Positions 60,760 through 64,000 of a stretch of 64,000 nt of DNA are shown piece after piece. Origin of the DNA: an uncultured Poribacteria bacterium (GTDB taxonomy: Bacteria > Poribacteria > WGA-4E > WGA-3G). Made by a program: the position numbers and the translations under genes. Location: the NCBI GenBank assembly GCA_958296135.2, contig CATQHZ020000001.1, positions 2,560,001-2,624,000 on the forward strand, read 5' to 3'. The notes beneath the pieces were generated by a model. The model ran no database searches. It was not told the DNA's origin and saw only the letters and a list, made by a program, of their open reading frames with translations. Numbering within the stretch: the first letter of the stretch is position 1; each line of letters begins with the position of its first letter.

Positions 60760-61427
60760 AAAATAGTTTGCATTTTCCCGTTGAATAGGGTATACTAATT
60801 AGCAAACGATTTTAACATATTCCACGCCGAAAGGCAAGAGCGATTTTTTCAGCCATATATGTCAAAACAGACAGCCTTGCGCCCGGCATCGGGTGAGGAA
60901 GGAGTTTGTGTCAACAATGCAGAAACGTGGCATCTATGAGCAGATGGTGCGAGTCCTAGAGAACCATGGCGGGCTGATATTATCACATATCGCTATCTTC
61001 GCCTTCTATGGGTATCTGTTTCTCGCACATTGGAAACCGAATAGCGGGCTGGTAACATTGCTGCAAGCGCACGGCAGCACCGCACAAGTTGTCTCAATTG
61101 CAGCAGTTTTGACAGCCGCATGACTTACAGGGTGGGGTGAAAAAGTGTTATTTCGACTGAAGGAACGCGAGCGGTTGGCGCACTTAGAAGACCGCGTCGC
61201 CGAACTGGAACCTCTGGCTGCAAAAGTCCCGCTGCTAGAACAGCAGAACGCCGAAAAGGACGCGCGCAACGCTGAACTGGTAGCGCGCAACGCCGAACTG
61301 GTAGCGCGTAACACCGCATTGGAAAACCAGAAGGCACCAACGCAACCGGAGCATCACTAAGGAAAAAGGGATTTCTATATCCACCCTTATACCCAAATTA
61401 ACAGGCGGATATGGAAATCCTCCCTTA
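60760..61427. repeat. long direct repeat, copy 2
   Basis: Near-identical to 57930-58575, with a 21 bp repeat expansion. Confidence 0.95.
60893..61360 (+). CDS. second copy of the TGA-split membrane/coiled-coil frame
   Basis: VLTAA*LTGWGEKVLFRL; TGA at 61121. Confidence 0.5.
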
Positions 61428-61503
61428 TAAGCGAGAAACCGAAAGAGGCCTGCTTACTTAAAGGACAAGAAACGCTCGCCCAACGCATTGCGAAAAACGA
61501 AAA

Positions 61504-64000
61504 ATGAACATTCTACACGAACTCAACGAAAAACAGAAACAAGCAGTCACGCATCAAGACGGACCGCTACTCGTCATCGCGGGGCCCGGCACCGGGAAAA
61601 CAAAAGTCATCACGCACCGCATCGCCTACCTCATCCGCCAACACGGCGTGAGACCGGAGCAAATCCTCGCAATCACGTTCACCAATAAGGCGGCGCAAGA
61701 AATGCAGGAACGAGTCAACCGCGAGATTGGCGCGCCGCACGGCTCCAACGTCAAGGTCTGCACCTTCCACGCGTTTTGCGTCCGAGTGCTACGAAAGCAC
61801 GCCGCCGCAATCGGGTTGAGCGAAAACTTCACTATTTTCGACCAGGAGATTCAAGACGAACTCTTCACCGAAGCAGTCCGCGAACTCATACTCGATCCTG
61901 ACGAATATCCGCCTTGGATGCTGCGGAATATCATCAGCACCGCCAAAGGCAAACTCGGCGACGTTGGATTCTGTCGGGAGGATGGCACGCCGATCGAGGA
62001 TACAACCCAGATTGCCGATATCGGTAGCGTGGCAAAGGCATATCAACGCAAACTTGATGCATACAACGCACTAGACTTCGACGATCTGCTGGCAAAAACG
62101 GTCACCTTGCTTGAACAAGCACCGGCCGTGCAGAAAACCTATCATCAGGACATCCGCCATATCCTCGTGGACGAGTATCACGATGTGAACGGCGTGCAGT
62201 ATCGCCTATTGCAACTGTTGTGCGCGCCGCCATCCCGAAACCTGATGGTAGTCGCCGATGAAGACCAGGCTATCTACAGCTGGCGCGGTTCCAACCCGCA
62301 ATATATCGCCGATTTCACCGCCGAGTTTGAGCCGCGCGTCATTCATTTAGACGAGCACTATCGCTGCAGCGAGAAAATCTTGCGCGCCGCAGAAGAAGTC
62401 ATATCAAAAAATGCGGAACGCCAAAATCGGCACACACTGAAAACCCACGAAGGCGTAGGACGCGACATCTTCCATTATACCTTCACAACGCAGGTTGAGG
62501 AGGCACAGCGCATCATCCAGATTATCCGAAAACTGATCGCGCAGCGGAATTACTCCTATCGGGAAATCGCGATTTTCTACCGTCAGCATAAACTCGCGAA
62601 CGTCTTGGAAGAGCAGCTGACCAAGGAAAACATTGAATTCCAGCGAATCCAACCCACCAACGCGTTTCAGGCAGAGAACACCAAAGCCATCGTCGCTTAC
62701 CTCAGCTTCGCGCAGTGGCAAATCCCGCGAGACTTAGAACTCGCCATCAGTTTCCCTGAAAAACGGATTGACGATTTGACGTGGGTGCGACTCAAGTGGC
62801 TCGCCCAACGCGAACGCATTCCGTTGGTAGAACTGCTGAAAAATATTGACGCATACCCCAAAGATGTCGGCCCATTAACCCGCCGAAATGTGAAGCAGTT
62901 TTGGGCGCAACTTGACGAATTGATGGCGGGAATGGACGATGAACGGCCAGCTAAAATCGTTCAGAAGTTGTTTGACATCCTGGAACATTCTCGTTCACCT
63001 TACCGCGAGGAAGAAGTCGCTGACATCGAGAAGCACCCGGTGAACGCAAACCTCAATATCGCCCGCGATGTCCTCTACAGCGCGATTGATGGAAGCGAAC
63101 GCATCCAGATTACCGCCGCTTACGGCATCGACGCGTACTGTGCCGCGCATATCCTCCGGCAGACACTGGAGACGTATCTCGCGCAGCCCGTTCACATCCG
63201 ATTCCTCCCGGTAGAAGAGCCCTCCCGGTCGCGACAACCCGCCTCTCCCCCGGAAGGTACCGATGTCCACCTGCTCATCGGTGCTCTTGTAGCAGACGCG
63301 AACACCGCCGCGAGGACAATTCTGATTGGCAACGCCACCGCCACAGACGACAGCGCGATTCACCTGCAACCCGATGGGGCACTGAGCATCACCGCGCTGG
63401 CATTATGCCAACGCCTGATTGGCCGCTTTGAAAGCCCAAACATGGCAGATATGGTTGTCTATGACTTGGAGACAACAGGAATTAAGCCGAAAACTGCCCA
63501 GATTGTTGAGATAGGCGCGCACCGACTCAGTGCCATTGGAGACGAGGTGGACAAGTTCTATCGCTTGGTGAAACCACCGGGCGGACACATCCCGCGGGCA
63601 AGCACCAACGTCCACGGAATTGACGAGGCAACTGTCAAAGACTCGCCGAGTATTGAGACAGTGCTTCCGGAATTCTGTCAATTCATCCGGGACAGGATTC
63701 TGATAGGCCACAACGTCGCGAAATTTGATAACCCTATCCTTGAACGCGACCTGCGCGAGCACCTGAAGATGGAGTTTCGCAATCCTTATTACGATACGCT
63801 TGTCACCGCGAGACGGCTTTTCCCGCGGGAACGGTGTAACATTAAGGCACTCGCCGATAGGTTCGGCATCCCGCACGGCCGCTTACACAACGCGCTTGAT
63901 GACATTGCGGCGAACCGCGAAATCTTCAAGACATTAATTCAACTAGATTCACACAAGCGCGAGATAACGTCGTTAACGGAACTTCTACCGTTTGTCGGGC
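61504..64000 (+). CDS. UvrD/PcrA helicase fused to a degenerate RecJ-like segment and DEDDh exonuclease (runs off window)
   Basis: ATG 61504: AGPGTGKT, FTNKAA, VDEYHD, YRC; later YDLETTG, HNVAKFD, HNALDD. Confidence 0.88.
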   Translation, partial: MNILHELNEKQKQAVTHQDGPLLVIAGPGTGKTKVITHRIAYLIRQHGVRPEQILAITFTNKAAQEMQERVNREIGAPHGSNVKVCTFHAFCVRVLRKHAAAIGLSENFTIFDQEIQDELFTEAVRELILDPDEYPPWMLRNIISTAKGKLGDVGFCREDGTPIEDTTQIADIGSVAKAYQRKLDAYNALDFDDLLAKTVTLLEQAPAVQKTYHQDIRHILVDEYHDVNGVQYRLLQLLCAPPSRNLMVVADEDQAIYSWRGSNPQYIADFTAEFEPRVIHLDEHYRCSEKILRAAEEVISKNAERQNRHTLKTHEGVGRDIFHYTFTTQVEEAQRIIQIIRKLIAQRNYSYREIAIFYRQHKLANVLEEQLTKENIEFQRIQPTNAFQAENTKAIVAYLSFAQWQIPRDLELAISFPEKRIDDLTWVRLKWLAQRERIPLVELLKNIDAYPKDVGPLTRRNVKQFWAQLDELMAGMDDERPAKIVQKLFDILEHSRSPYREEEVADIEKHPVNANLNIARDVLYSAIDGSERIQITAAYGIDAYCAAHILRQTLETYLAQPVHIRFLPVEEPSRSRQPASPPEGTDVHLLIGALVADANTAARTILIGNATATDDSAIHLQPDGALSITALALCQRLIGRFESPNMADMVVYDLETTGIKPKTAQIVEIGAHRLSAIGDEVDKFYRLVKPPGGHIPRASTNVHGIDEATVKDSPSIETVLPEFCQFIRDRILIGHNVAKFDNPILERDLREHLKMEFRNPYYDTLVTARRLFPRERCNIKALADRFGIPHGRLHNALDDIAANREIFKTLIQLDSHKREITSLTELLPFVG

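Noticed and set aside
57930-61427. Classical IS composite transposon or DGR
   Set aside because: No transposase, terminal inverted repeats or reverse transcriptase; differences between copies are not adenine-specific

Overview
64 kb of a GC-rich bacterial chromosome. Candidatus Poribacteria (a sponge symbiont) is the most likely source; this is inferred from LamG/LTD secreted proteins with a TTTWGxxK tail and multiple PhyH, sulfatase-like and VOC genes. Positions 1.7-12.5 kb hold the rimP-nusA-ylxR-infB-DUF503-rbfA-DHH-ribF-rpsO-pnp translation cluster, without truB. The rest is a mosaic of metabolic and secreted-protein genes, GTAG-type REP/BIME arrays, a solo TnpB element, a type III R-M pair and an ABC-ATPase plus PD-(D/E)XK cassette bracketed by a ~650 bp direct repeat. 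Best leads: (1) that direct-repeat-bracketed defence-like cassette, whose repeats each carry overlapping opposed promoters and a membrane/coiled-coil frame split by the same in-frame TGA; (2) a UxxC selenoprotein with a SECIS-like hairpin, split by the ORF track; (3) small elements nested in REP loops, and REPs inserted in-frame in genes; (4) a UvrD-RecJ-like-DEDDh fusion; (5) a PhyH-family protein with a halogenase-like HxG motif. All calls come from reading the sequence only; no database searches were run.
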